Source of the DNA: Candidatus Poribacteria bacterium
Lineage (GTDB): Bacteria > Poribacteria > WGA-4E > WGA-3G
NCBI GenBank assembly: GCA_965242965.1
Contig: OZ251518.1
Location: forward strand, 4,160,001-4,224,000
Length of the DNA stretch: 64,000 nt
Reading direction: 5' to 3'
Position numbers and translations under genes: made by a program. Positions 1 through 9,483 of the stretch are shown here, piece after piece. Within the stretch, counting starts at the first letter, position 1, and each line of letters opens with the position of its first letter. The notes under the pieces are model-generated. The model was not told the DNA's origin. It saw only the letters and a program-made list of their open reading frames with translations, and searched no databases.

Positions 1-151
1 CGAATTGTGAGGCGACTTCCACCAAATCGAGAATGTTCACGATACCGTCGCGGTTTACATCGCCTGTGAGTTCAGGTTCAACTGCGACAAGGAGTGCACC
101 GAGACTTAAAACCATCAGCGCAATGACGATGCAAAGTGTTTTGCGTTTCAT
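1..151 (-). CDS. Secreted dockerin-type (EF-hand-like) domain protein, 5' part only (runs off window)
   Basis: Manual translation from ATG 151: MKRKTLCIVIALMVLSLGALLVAVEPELTGDVNRDGIVNILDLVEVASQF. Signal peptide plus dockerin motif GDVNxDGxVNxLDL; RBS GGAGG upstream. Not in the ORF track because it is truncated. Confidence 0.85.
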   Translation of the reverse strand, partial: MKRKTLCIVIALMVLSLGALLVAVEPELTGDVNRDGIVNILDLVEVASQF

Positions 152-292
152 TTAGATTCCTCCGTTAGAACGTTCGTTTTGGTTGCGCGCGAGTCAACGC
201 GCGCATACCGAAGATGCGTGGATGGGCACGGTGCCCGGCCATCTTCGTCTGTCTGAATCGCGGATTTACGAGATTATAGGAAAACATGCATC

Positions 293-528
293 GGGCCAGT
301 CCCAATGCAACACAAATAACCCGCCACGCAAAGAATGCGTGCGGGGTAGAAGACGACATGACGACGAAAGTCGCCGCTGTCAAGTGAATAAAATGTGCTT
401 AACGCCTGTGGGTGTCGGGGGGGGTCGAGCCTCCCCTCCGGGCATTAAGGTGAACGGGAACTCGTGACGGCGCGACAACGGGCATAGACGCACGGCAAAC
501 GTGCATCTCTCGGTACCCAAGCAGGTCT
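293..528. ncRNA. Candidate structured RNA motif, copy A (homologous to 34865-35092)
   Basis: Blocks TGCAAC / CCCGCnACGCA-loop-TGCGTnCGGG / GAAGAC / TTAACG / G8-TCGA / CGTGA..GCGCGA / GGTCT are shared with copy B in the same order, with compensatory changes in stems. Confidence 0.7.
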
Positions 529-647
529 ACGGCGACCTCATTAGCAATGGAAAAATCAATTCGCTGGTTCACGGTATTGTTCCTCGTGTTCGGTTTCGGT
601 TTCGCGGTGGCGCGTTTTTTTTCGCGCGTATCACCACGTTTGCAATT

Positions 648-854
648 ATTATACACGAAAAATGCAATAAATGTCAAACATTTTTTTTGCGAAAAATCGT
701 GGAAATGCTCACAATTAACCACATTCTACAAGAATTTCGGTTTTTTGTCAACGTTTTTCTGCGAAAAATAGTGAAAACAGTTAAATTCACGCGAAAAATC
801 GCCAAAAATGTTTAAAACTGATTTTATTTTAGCAAATGTCGCATTTTTTGTCAA
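648..854 (-). promoter_or_regulatory. Three tandem near-consensus sigma70 promoters
   Basis: TTGACA(672-677)-18-TATAAT(648-653); TTGACA(746-751)-17-TAGAAT(723-728); TTGACA(849-854)-17-TAAAAT(826-831). All face the dockerin gene. Confidence 0.75.
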
Positions 855-1035
855 GGTTATTTCGCGAAAAAAAACGCTGCTGCTACCGTAGCGCGGGGGA
901 CAGGCCCCCGCGATCTGCCGACCGAAACGAAAAACGTCCGCAGCCCAAGAGGCCATGGACGTTTTTTGAGATGATCGAGGCATGGCGAGGGACAGGCCCG
1001 CGCCCTACGTTTCGTGGCGCGATTTCCGCTTTTCC

Positions 1036-1971
1036 CTAAAACAACAAATTCTCCCCACTCACAGCCCGCGCCGACTCGCCGCCGAAGGTGAGATTGAATT
1101 GGAACCCAGGACGACTTATATACCCCAACTGAAATGCCAACGTGTTGCTGACCTCATAACGGAACGCTAACCCAATAAGGTTCGCGACGTTCAACCCGGC
1201 ATAAGGAAGTTCGCGCGAGAAATCGGCTACCAATCGCATGTTATCGGAAACGGCGACTTCCGCACCTACCTGCCAATTAAGCGTGAAGAAATCGGTGGTT
1301 CGCAGTGCTTTAGAAGTCAAGAACGCGCCTACACCCGCATGGACTTTGAAGAAATCGCCAAATCGCTGTGTGCCGACGAGATAGGTATTTAAACCGACAA
1401 ACGGGAAACTATCGGCAGGACTATGATCGAGAAATTCGTTGTCGGAGTTGAGCCTGTCATCGGCAGTGTAGCCGAACTGCGCGTCGCCGCCGATGGAGAG
1501 GCTCGGGAAGTTATCGTTCCGGTCTGGCTTGAGGTTATACTTCATGCCGATAATGCCTTCAAAAAGCGACTGCTCATAGACGCGCTGATTGGCGAGTTCG
1601 TCGTTATCGGTATTATAGAAATCGTGGATGACTTTCCGCACGCCGCCGGTTGAGAAAGTGCCGCCAAGCACCAAATCGAGTTGCTCGCTCAACCCGTAGG
1701 TGAATCTGACGGGGATGAGGAACGTCTCAATTTCCAGCGTCACCCGATGCGATTCCTCAAAACCGCCGATATCCACCCGTTGACTGTGGTCTGGGAGTAA
1801 ATCGACCTTGGCGTATTGGAAGAGTCCAAACGTCGTAGTGGAACCGCCTTTGCCCATCGGTTCGGCTGTCTGGATAGTGCTGAGTTGCGGGACAGGCGGG
1901 AGTTGTGCGAATAGCGGTGTCGTGATGCTGATGAGTATCAAACAGCAGATTTGCAATTTAAGATAGCGCAT
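1036..1971 (-). CDS. Secreted protein, probable outer-membrane beta-barrel
   Basis: 311 aa ORF with a signal peptide and alternating hydrophobic/aromatic beta-strand patterns (e.g. LAFRYEV, FQFNLTF). Confidence 0.6.
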   Translation of the reverse strand: MRYLKLQICCLILISITTPLFAQLPPVPQLSTIQTAEPMGKGGSTTTFGLFQYAKVDLLPDHSQRVDIGGFEESHRVTLEIETFLIPVRFTYGLSEQLDLVLGGTFSTGGVRKVIHDFYNTDNDELANQRVYEQSLFEGIIGMKYNLKPDRNDNFPSLSIGGDAQFGYTADDRLNSDNEFLDHSPADSFPFVGLNTYLVGTQRFGDFFKVHAGVGAFLTSKALRTTDFFTLNWQVGAEVAVSDNMRLVADFSRELPYAGLNVANLIGLAFRYEVSNTLAFQLGYISRPGFQFNLTFGGESARAVSGENLLF

Positions 1972-1989
1972 AATTTTTAGGTTTCCATG

Positions 1990-3078
1990 TTAGGGGCGCG
2001 CCTCGACGAGCGCGCTTTCATCGCGACGGCCATCGGGGCCGGGGGTATCATCGTATGCCGTGATGTAGTATCGCCGGAATTCAAGCGATTGCTCAACGAG
2101 AACCGGGTCTTCGCCCGGAATGGTGAAGTTGCGTTCTTTCCGTCCGACTGCGGGCCGCGGCAGGAGATTCCCCTCGGCATCTGCCGTGTAAAGTTGATAT
2201 CCCGCCAGGTCTGCTTCAGTGTTCGGTGTCCACGAAATCACCGCGTCGTATTTTGTGTTAAAGAGGGAGCGCGGTAAGTAGCGCACCCGCACGTCTTTCG
2301 GCGGTGCCGGCGGCAGATTCGGCACGGTAGCACTGAGTGTCGTCACGCCTTCTGCGCCGAATTCATCGACAGCGGCGATACGGTAAACTTTCCGAGTGCC
2401 GTCCGCCTCAAAATCGAAGTCAAAGTAGTAGTCTTTATCCCGTTTGATTTCCGCGAGCAGTCTAAAATGCAAGGATTTTTCCTCCGCGTCGTCCGTGTCA
2501 ACAGCGGCGTAGACGCGAAAGAGAGAAAAGTCATAAGGCACCTCATAGTCTCGCCAAAAAAGTTTGACGGTGAGGTCTGTCGGTTCACCGAGGGTGACAA
2601 CCGGTGATGGCGGTGGAACACTCGGCGTAGCGAACGCCGTTTTCCAGACGCGCAGAGGTTCCTCATCGGCGCGCGGCGGATTGTTTGCATCTGGGGTTTC
2701 AACGCCGTTGACATCGATGTAAGCGATGCGATATTCGTAGGCGAGGACGCGTCCGAGTGAATCACGCCGGTCGTTCTCCAGATTTTGGGTATCAATAAAT
2801 TCGCTCGCGGGTGCCTCCACATACCCGACCTCCGTAAAATCGGCATCGTCGGTGGCGCGGCGGTAGATGCGATACGCTTGGATGCCTTCCTGTCCGATAT
2901 CGTTCCACGTGACGCGCACCTGTTCGTTGCCTGCATAAAGGACGAGTCCGTCAGGCGCGCCGGCAGTGCGCAGGTTTTCTGCATCTAGCGGATTCGCGAA
3001 ATCTTCGTCGCTGGTGCAAGAAACCGCGAAAACGGCGAGGATGAAAAGCATGGGTATGCTCCAATTGTGATGTCTCAT
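1990..3078 (-). CDS. Fibronectin type III domain lipoprotein
   Basis: Lipobox AVSC after a hydrophobic stretch, then NPLD and FN3 motifs (VRVTW..YRIYR, YRIAAVD, ISWTPNTEADLAGY). Start moved to ATG 3078 with RBS GGAG. Confidence 0.8.
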   Translation of the reverse strand: MRHHNWSIPMLFILAVFAVSCTSDEDFANPLDAENLRTAGAPDGLVLYAGNEQVRVTWNDIGQEGIQAYRIYRRATDDADFTEVGYVEAPASEFIDTQNLENDRRDSLGRVLAYEYRIAYIDVNGVETPDANNPPRADEEPLRVWKTAFATPSVPPPSPVVTLGEPTDLTVKLFWRDYEVPYDFSLFRVYAAVDTDDAEEKSLHFRLLAEIKRDKDYYFDFDFEADGTRKVYRIAAVDEFGAEGVTTLSATVPNLPPAPPKDVRVRYLPRSLFNTKYDAVISWTPNTEADLAGYQLYTADAEGNLLPRPAVGRKERNFTIPGEDPVLVEQSLEFRRYYITAYDDTPGPDGRRDESALVEARP

Positions 3079-3125
3079 CGCATTTTCTCCATTAGAGTTC
3101 CTCATTTTCCCGTAGGCGGGTTGCG

Positions 3126-3632
3126 TTAAAAATAGTGCATCAATCTGAGGCTCGCGCGGCCCGTTTCCCACTCATACTGCGGTTGTAACAGCGTGGTGAA
3201 TCGGAACGGGGTCTGCTGCGCGAAGCTTGTTCCGCCGAGAATCCTATTTGCTTGTGGCGATGCAGGTTCGTCTGGCGTGTTCAATTGTCCATAAATCGAA
3301 AGCAACACGGCGAGCCCGATACATCCGTAGCCGACGCGCGACATGATGACGCTGCCGTTTTGCCTGGCAAGATAGGCATCCCGATGCGCTTGGATGTCCG
3401 ATTGGACCGCGGCACTGAGGTATTCATCGTATCGGTTTTGCGCAGACGTTTTGAGCATGCTGCCGCCGAATTGTAATCCGAGCCCGGTGGTTAACAGGAC
3501 GATGGGGAGCGTTCGTGAGTGGCGCGTTGCCGATGTCTGCCCACTTGCTAACACGATGATAAAGGCGCAGCAGCACGTTATTCGCAAGGCATTCAATAGG
3601 TGTTTCTTGTTCAAGTTTGTCTTCCTCCACAT
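3126..3632 (-). CDS. Hypothetical membrane protein
   Basis: 168 aa ORF with 2-3 hydrophobic segments, co-oriented with the FN3 lipoprotein and barrel genes. Confidence 0.65.
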   Translation of the reverse strand: MWRKTNLNKKHLLNALRITCCCAFIIVLASGQTSATRHSRTLPIVLLTTGLGLQFGGSMLKTSAQNRYDEYLSAAVQSDIQAHRDAYLARQNGSVIMSRVGYGCIGLAVLLSIYGQLNTPDEPASPQANRILGGTSFAQQTPFRFTTLLQPQYEWETGRASLRLMHYF

Positions 3633-3653
3633 ATCCGATATATGAAATTCAAT

Positions 3654-3984
3654 GAGGGTGTTTCATAAATTTGTTTCGGTAGTTATCGCCCCTGGAGGCG
3701 GGCGGCTACCGAGCCCTCTTGGTAGGGACGCTCGCGGGGGACAGGCCCCCGCGCTCCGGTAACCGGACGGTTTCTTGGCCGCAGAACGGCCCCCTTTTAC
3801 CGTAGGGCGAGGGCCTGTCCCTCGCCCATGCTGCGGTCCACCGAACCGCTCTGTCGTTCGGGTGCGCCTGCACCCGAACGAGTCTATTGCATCGAGACCG
3901 GGAGGGCTCTCCTACGGGATGCTCGCGGGGGACAGGCCCCCGCGCTACGGTAACCGGACGGTTTCTTGAGTTATGAAACCCCTC
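3654..3984. mobile_element. MITE-like element carrying REP modules
   Basis: TIR GAGGGTGTTTCATAA ... TTATGAAACCCCTC; flanks AATTCAAT / AATTAAAT (8-bp TSD, 1 mismatch). Confidence 0.75.
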
Positions 3985-4030
3985 AATTAAATAAAGTTTA
4001 ACGTATTTTTTTTGGAAAGTCAAGGATTTT

Positions 4031-4060
4031 TTGACTTAACGACGAAGAATATGGTATAAT
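4031..4060 (+). promoter_or_regulatory. sigma70 promoter
   Basis: TTGACT-18-TATAAT with extended TG, upstream of the 4177 ORF. Confidence 0.7.
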
Positions 4061-4176
4061 TAACAAATAGGCACTGTTTGAAACCGCGCCTACCGGACAT
4101 ATAGGTTAAAAAACCAGCAGTGCCACGAACTTTTCACACGCTCGGTTGTCATACTCTGCAGGAGGAAAGATAAATA

Positions 4177-5022
4177 ATGAAAGGACTCTTGAAAATTGCC
4201 ACGCTTTTCGGCATCGGAGGTTTGGTATGCCTTTTAATTTTCGCGTTACGCGAACCGCTGGCGCAAGATAAACCCGCCGGCGATGTCATCGCCACGAAGA
4301 CAGAACTCGGCGCGGCGAAACAGCGCGAGGTGAAGGAAGAAGCAGTGAAACGTAGCACGGCAATGCAACAACGTGCCGCGCGTACCCGACAACGCCAAAC
4401 TGACTTCGGCGAAAACGAAGCGTTTTATCGCGTCATCATTGACAATAATCTCTTTCGGCCCCTCGGCTGGAGAAAGCCGAATGAGGAACCGTCGTATAGC
4501 CTACTCGGCACCGTCGTTGACACAGACACCGGGATAGCCCAAGCGATTCTGCTGGAGAAACGCTCCAATCGCCATTACTTCGTCTCCATCGGCGAAAAAG
4601 TGGGCGACGTAACGGTGAAGGATATTCAACCCAAACAGGTTGTCTTGGACGAAGAGGGGAAGGCGATAACGCTGAAGGCGGGTTCACTACAGTTTCTGAC
4701 TCGGCAGCGGGGAAGCGGCCGCGGTGCTGAAGCACGCGACAGCGAAGCCGCTAAAGGCAACGAAGGCGAGCAAGCCGCAGCGAACGCTAAGAAAGCGGCT
4801 GCCAACGCGAATCCGCAGGCTAACCGATTCAGCGGGAATCCAGAACTCGCCGAAAAGTGGCGGAACGCCTCACCGGAAGACAGGCGGAAAATCGAGGAGT
4901 ATATGCGAAACCAGCGCGCTGAACGGCGAGAACAGAGAGAAAAGACTCGTGAGGAAAACCGCGGTAATAGAGGCAGTAGAAGAGCACGAGGTGCCAGAGG
5001 TGACCGCGGGAGAGATAGGTAA
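4177..5022 (+). CDS. Type II secretion GspC-like / PilP-like HR-domain protein
   Basis: N-terminal TM helix; LLGTVV..AILL..FVSIGEKVGDVTVKDIQPKQVVL is the T2SS protein C HR pattern; RG-rich low-complexity tail. Confidence 0.6.
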   Translation: MKGLLKIATLFGIGGLVCLLIFALREPLAQDKPAGDVIATKTELGAAKQREVKEEAVKRSTAMQQRAARTRQRQTDFGENEAFYRVIIDNNLFRPLGWRKPNEEPSYSLLGTVVDTDTGIAQAILLEKRSNRHYFVSIGEKVGDVTVKDIQPKQVVLDEEGKAITLKAGSLQFLTRQRGSGRGAEARDSEAAKGNEGEQAAANAKKAAANANPQANRFSGNPELAEKWRNASPEDRRKIEEYMRNQRAERREQREKTREENRGNRGSRRARGARGDRGRDR

Positions 5023-5076
5023 TATCAAATTCGGTTGAATTGTGAGGGCGGAGTCGAGAAACGGCCTCCCTTCTGC

Positions 5077-5595
5077 GTAGGGCGAGGGCCTGTCCCTCGC
5101 CATGCTGCGATCGCGGGGGAAACCCGCTCGGATGCGCGTATGGCATCCGAGGGCCCCCGCGCTACGGTGAAAAAAACGCCATCCCCTTACCGTAGGGCGA
5201 GGGCCTGTCCCTCGCCATGCTGCGATCGCGGGGGACAGGCCCCCGCGCTACGATAAAAAACGTCTCTTAGGTCCGTAGGACCTTAATGTCTATAGCACGC
5301 GTGCTAGCGAAGAAGCCTAAGGTCCTTTAGGTCCTTAATGTGTTTTGATGCACCGCGTGTTTTCCTATTAAGGACCTAAAGGACCTTGAAAACGGGCCGA
5401 TACGTTTTTCTATAGACATTAAGGTCCTAAAGGACCTAAAACGCCACCGCTTGACGATGGAGATCGCGGGGGACAGGCCCCCGCGCTACGGTACCGGGAG
5501 GGTTTCTGAGTCGAAAAATGCCCCCCCTTCATCGTAGGGCGAGGGCCTGTCCCTCGCCATGCTGCGATCGCGGGGGACAGGCCCCCGCGCTACGG
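5077..5595. repeat. REP mosaic including the long GGTCC/GGACC-CTATAG palindrome (~5268-5440)
   Basis: Multiple GTAGGGCGAGGGCCTGTCCCTCGCC and GCGGGGGACAGGCCCCCGCGCTAC units. Confidence 0.85.
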
Positions 5596-5681
5596 GAAAA
5601 AACGGTCCCCTACCTGTCCCTAAATAGCCGCGCGACATATTTGCCGGGACGGATACCCAATCCGCCCCGGCATGCACACTC

Positions 5682-6500
5682 TTAAGCCGCCTGCACAGCG
5701 TTCGCCGGCATGTTTTCTAGCCGCGAAAGCCAGTAACCGACATCAAATGCATCATCACCGATGAGGAACCGCCACTGCTTAATGCGGTTGACAATCTCAA
5801 GCCGCACATCGTTGCCATACCATTTGTGGTTCCTGCCCAGAATGCCGTGGATAGGCGCGGTGTCAATATCCTCCGTATTCCAGAGCCGAAGCTGGCGCAC
5901 CGTCGGGTTGAGGCGCAGTTTGAACATATAGCGCGTCCTGTCGGTGAGGTTCGGCTGCGCGCAGTGCCACATCCCGTGATGCACGACGAGAAGCGTGCCT
6001 GCCTTGCAGACCACGGGGTGCTGCCCAAGGAAGTTCTGGTAACGCGCGATGTCTGTCTCGCAGACCCGGCGGTAATGGCTTCCCGGCAGAATCATCGTGC
6101 CGCCCATCTCCCGCGGCGTGTCATGCGAGAAATAGAAGAATTGGATGTCAAAGTGCATCCGCAAATCGATGATAGCATCGGCGTGCCAAATCTGTCCCGT
6201 TTCGTTCTGCGGCCGCACAATATGCACGGCGTGATGATCATAGAGGGGGGCCTCGCCGACGAGACTGTGGACAATTCCCTGCACTTCCGGCATCCGGAAA
6301 ACCTTGCCGACAGCGGAGTCATCGTCCCAGACTTCGTCCAGCACCGTTCCACCGCGTCCGCGCACAACCAACCCATTTTCCATCTCGGCGTGCGCGGCTT
6401 CGTTCAATTCGCGCGGAATCAATTCGTCAAAGCGAAGGTAGCCGTCTGCTACAAAATTCGCCATCTGTTCTGTCGTGAGCAAATGCTTTTTGTCACTCAT
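5682..6500 (-). CDS. Phytanoyl-CoA dioxygenase (PhyH) family Fe(II)/2OG oxygenase
   Basis: LTxEQ..F..DGY start, WHAD (HxD), GGTMILPGSH, distal H in MWHCA. Confidence 0.9.
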   Translation of the reverse strand: MSDKKHLLTTEQMANFVADGYLRFDELIPRELNEAAHAEMENGLVVRGRGGTVLDEVWDDDSAVGKVFRMPEVQGIVHSLVGEAPLYDHHAVHIVRPQNETGQIWHADAIIDLRMHFDIQFFYFSHDTPREMGGTMILPGSHYRRVCETDIARYQNFLGQHPVVCKAGTLLVVHHGMWHCAQPNLTDRTRYMFKLRLNPTVRQLRLWNTEDIDTAPIHGILGRNHKWYGNDVRLEIVNRIKQWRFLIGDDAFDVGYWLSRLENMPANAVQAA

Positions 6501-6518
6501 GTGTTTCCTCCAAAACTT

Positions 6519-6762
6519 GCGGTATCGGGAGCAGAATTCCCGCCTACCTCATCGAGACCGCCTACCTCATCGAGACCGGGAGGTCTCTCCTACGGGTGTC
6601 TGGGTAGGAGGGACATCCTTGTCCCGATACGCACATCGAGACCGGGAGGTCTCGCCTACGGGTGTCTGGGTAGGAGGGACATCCTTGTCCCGATACAAAA
6701 AATCGAGACCGGGAGGTCTCTCCTACCTCGGTGTATCAAGACCGGGAGGGCCCGCCTACCGG
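6519..6762. repeat. REP cluster (GAGACCGGGAGGTCTCTCCTAC and GTAGGAGGGACATCCTTGTCCC modules)
   Basis: Tandem copies visible directly in the sequence. Confidence 0.85.
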
Positions 6763-7029
6763 TTCCAGTTTCTCCAGAATATACTCAAACCGAAGATACG
6801 AGGTATGATACTCCATGCCGGGATAGGCAGGGAATTGTTGCGGGAACTGAATGACGCGCCACCCATCTTTCATCGCCTCCAGCACGGAGGAGTAGGGTGG
6901 AGTTTCGCTGTCCCCAGTAGTATGCCTGACTGCGCCTGTGCCATCGTAAATCGCCCAGGCGACAACGCCGCTGTTCAAATCTGGTGTGTGCAGATACAGC
7001 ACCAGCAGTTTCTGTCTTAATTGAGACAT
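6736..7029 (-). CDS. Hypothetical protein upstream of PhyH
   Basis: 97 aa with a protein-like pattern (PPYxSVLEAMKDGWRVIQFP). The C-terminus PVGGPSRS* is encoded by a REP. Confidence 0.75.
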   Translation of the reverse strand: MSQLRQKLLVLYLHTPDLNSGVVAWAIYDGTGAVRHTTGDSETPPYSSVLEAMKDGWRVIQFPQQFPAYPGMEYHTSYLRFEYILEKLEPVGGPSRS

Positions 7030-7128
7030 GTGAAGAGTTGACCTTTCTGGGTTTGGATTCCTGATTCCGTTATCTCTGTCAAAACGATTCAGTACCGTGC
7101 ATCCCAGAACCGAATCGTCGTGTTATCT

Positions 7129-7902
7129 TTATCGCGTCGCTTGTGCCCGAATCTGGCCCCACGTCGTGACGAGTTTGCCACCCGGTTGCACATCCAACGC
7201 CACCGAGATGCCATCGTCCATGAGCTCCTTAATTTCCTGCTCGCTGAGGGCTCTGGCGTAAAGGATAACTTCGTCAATCGTGCCTGTCATCCAGTAACCG
7301 CCGATATCACAACCGCCGATAAAGAAAACGTTATCGTGGTTATCGGGTTTTGTGCCGGGCGAGACTTCGGCATCGACTTCGCCGTTCAGATAGAGTTTGA
7401 AATCAGAACCATCGTAAGTGCCGGCGACGTGATGCCACTCTCCGTCCGTGATAGCGGTTTTCGCATCAAACGATTTCCATCCCGCATTCGTCGTGAAGGA
7501 ATAGTGGACGACACCGGTGTTGATATTGCCGAACAATCCGTAGTTGCGTCCGGTCGGATTGCGATTCTCTTTGGAGGCGATAATCTGCCACTTCCCGGAA
7601 ATTTTCGGGATGTTGACATAGGCGGCGAGGGTGAATGTCTCCAAGTCCAGCGCGTCGTCATCGGTGACTGTCACCATATCGGCACCGCCGAATTCCATGG
7701 CACCGCCAAATTTTCCTTCCACCCACTTCGGTTTTCCCTGGGCGATTTCGCCATCCAAGCCGTTATCCGATGCATCGGTGACTGCGTTGCCTTTGCCTTC
7801 ATCAAGCAGCCAAGCACCAACGAGCCCATCTGTATCCAATGCCATCAGCGATGGCGTTATTGCAAACAGGCTCAGTATGAGAAGGGTTAGCATTTTGTTC
7901 AT
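7129..7902 (-). CDS. Secreted LamG-like jellyroll protein
   Basis: Signal peptide; LVGAWLLDEG, GKFGGAMEF, WHHVAGTYDG, GTIDEV..YARALS; C-terminus VQPGGKLVTTWGQIR. Confidence 0.9.
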   Translation of the reverse strand: MNKMLTLLILSLFAITPSLMALDTDGLVGAWLLDEGKGNAVTDASDNGLDGEIAQGKPKWVEGKFGGAMEFGGADMVTVTDDDALDLETFTLAAYVNIPKISGKWQIIASKENRNPTGRNYGLFGNINTGVVHYSFTTNAGWKSFDAKTAITDGEWHHVAGTYDGSDFKLYLNGEVDAEVSPGTKPDNHDNVFFIGGCDIGGYWMTGTIDEVILYARALSEQEIKELMDDGISVALDVQPGGKLVTTWGQIRAQATR

Positions 7903-7920
7903 GAAAAGTCTCCTGTTAAA

Positions 7921-8172
7921 ACGGGCCTGTTGAGGGACAGGCCCTCAACCTACGCGCGAAACTAACGGGCCTGTTGAGGGACAGGCCCTCAACCTACGCA
8001 CGCGCGCATTTTTAAACTAACGGGCCTGTTGAGGGACAGGCCCTCAGCGTTTCACTACCGTAGCGCGAGGGCCTGTCCCTCGCGAACCCTCAACGTTTTA
8101 ATACCGTAGCGCGAGGGCCTGTCCCTCGCGAAAACGGGCATGTTGATAGGCTGTCCCTCAACCTACGCGCGC
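7921..8172. repeat. REP variant cluster (GGGCCTGTTGAGGGACAGGCCCTCAACCTAC)
   Basis: Three near-identical copies plus GTAGCGCGAGGGCCTGTCCCTCGCG units. Confidence 0.8.
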
Positions 8173-8184
8173 GTCACGCATTTG

Positions 8185-9480
8185 TTAAACTTCGGTGCCG
8201 GCAGGAATGGTTGCATCTTTTGGGACGATGACAATTCCATCGCGGATGTAGAAGTTGTCTCCATCGTAATTATCAGTGCCGTCGCGGTTAACAATTACCG
8301 AATTATCGCCGATCCGTGCATTTTTGTCAATGATCGCGTTCTGAATCAGGCACTTCTCTCCTATTCCGACGTTCGGAACGCCATCCTGCGCGTTTTGTGC
8401 GCGTTGCGCCTCCGATTCGTAGTAGTCCGCGCCCATCAGCACCGATTGATAAACGCGGCTGCCGCTGGAGATAACACTCCGAATCCCGACAATCGTCCGG
8501 TCCAATTCCGAATCGTCAATGATAGAACCCTCGGCAAGGATGGAAGAACGAACGCTACTGCTGTTCACTTTCGTGCTCGGCAGATGGCGGCGGTTGGTAT
8601 AGATGGGTGCCTGTTCATCGTAAAAATTGAACGCCGGTGCGATATCCGTGAGCGCGATATTCGCCAAATAGAAGGAACGGATAGTGCCGATATCCTCCCA
8701 ATAGCCATCAAAAAAGTAGGCGGAAACCCGACGCGTCCCAATGGATTTCGGGATGATGTCTCTGCCAAAATCGACGTTTGAGTCATCTTGGAGGACCTCT
8801 TGCAACACCTCGCGGTTAAAAATATAAATGCCCATGGAGGCGATGTATTCCCTGCCATGTGGTTCAATGCCGCGTGAGGTAAAGACATTGGGGGAAACCC
8901 GCAGCTGCAGCAGTTCTTCTTGCGTCTGCGGTTTCTCCACGAAATCGGTGATGCGGCCATCGGCATCGGTTTGCAGAATACCGAGCCCACTCGTCACCTC
9001 CTCGTCCACAGGAATAACAGAGACGGTGATGTCGGCGTTCGTTTCCGTGTGGACCTGGAGCATTTTACGGTAGTCCATCCGATAGAGATGGTCTCCTGCA
9101 AGAATGAGGACGTATTCATCGGGGAACCGTGGGTTCAAAATATACGGTTGATTGTGCTTGACGGCATCCGCCGTGCCTTGATACCATTCTTCGCCCATCA
9201 ACGTTTGTTGCGCCGCCAGAATCTGCACGAACCCGCGGCGATAGGTATCAAACCGGTATGTCTGCGCGATGTGCCGATTCAACGAAACCGAGTTGAACTG
9301 CGTAAGGACATAGATGCGTTCCAGTCCGGAATGAAAGCAGTTGCTAATCGGGATGTCAACAAGCCGGAATTTCCCGGCGATGGGGACGCTCGGTTTGGCG
9401 CGGTCGCGAGTGAGTGGAAACAGGCGTGTGCCACGGCCACCGCCAAGGATAACTGCAATAACGTTTTCTGTTGTTCGCAT
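8185..9480 (-). CDS. glgC: Glucose-1-phosphate adenylyltransferase
   Basis: ILGGGRGTRLFPLT..RAKP, WYQGTADAV, GDHLYRMDY, ASMGIY, YWEDIGT. Confidence 0.97.
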   Translation of the reverse strand: MRTTENVIAVILGGGRGTRLFPLTRDRAKPSVPIAGKFRLVDIPISNCFHSGLERIYVLTQFNSVSLNRHIAQTYRFDTYRRGFVQILAAQQTLMGEEWYQGTADAVKHNQPYILNPRFPDEYVLILAGDHLYRMDYRKMLQVHTETNADITVSVIPVDEEVTSGLGILQTDADGRITDFVEKPQTQEELLQLRVSPNVFTSRGIEPHGREYIASMGIYIFNREVLQEVLQDDSNVDFGRDIIPKSIGTRRVSAYFFDGYWEDIGTIRSFYLANIALTDIAPAFNFYDEQAPIYTNRRHLPSTKVNSSSVRSSILAEGSIIDDSELDRTIVGIRSVISSGSRVYQSVLMGADYYESEAQRAQNAQDGVPNVGIGEKCLIQNAIIDKNARIGDNSVIVNRDGTDNYDGDNFYIRDGIVIVPKDATIPAGTEV

Positions 9481-9483
9481 AGG

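Noticed and set aside
293-528. Resemblance of the RNA motif to c-di-GMP-II (GGGCAC/GTGCAAC), twister (CGGT.CCCAAGC) or tmRNA ends
   Set aside because: The blocks are in the wrong order or present in only one copy; no full consensus match by eye.
165-815. Short overlapping ORFs upstream of the dockerin gene
   Set aside because: No protein-like features; the region is better explained by promoters and the structured RNA.
7089-7135. WD40-like fragment DNTTIRFWDARY*
   Set aside because: Too short to call; at most a remnant of a deleted gene.
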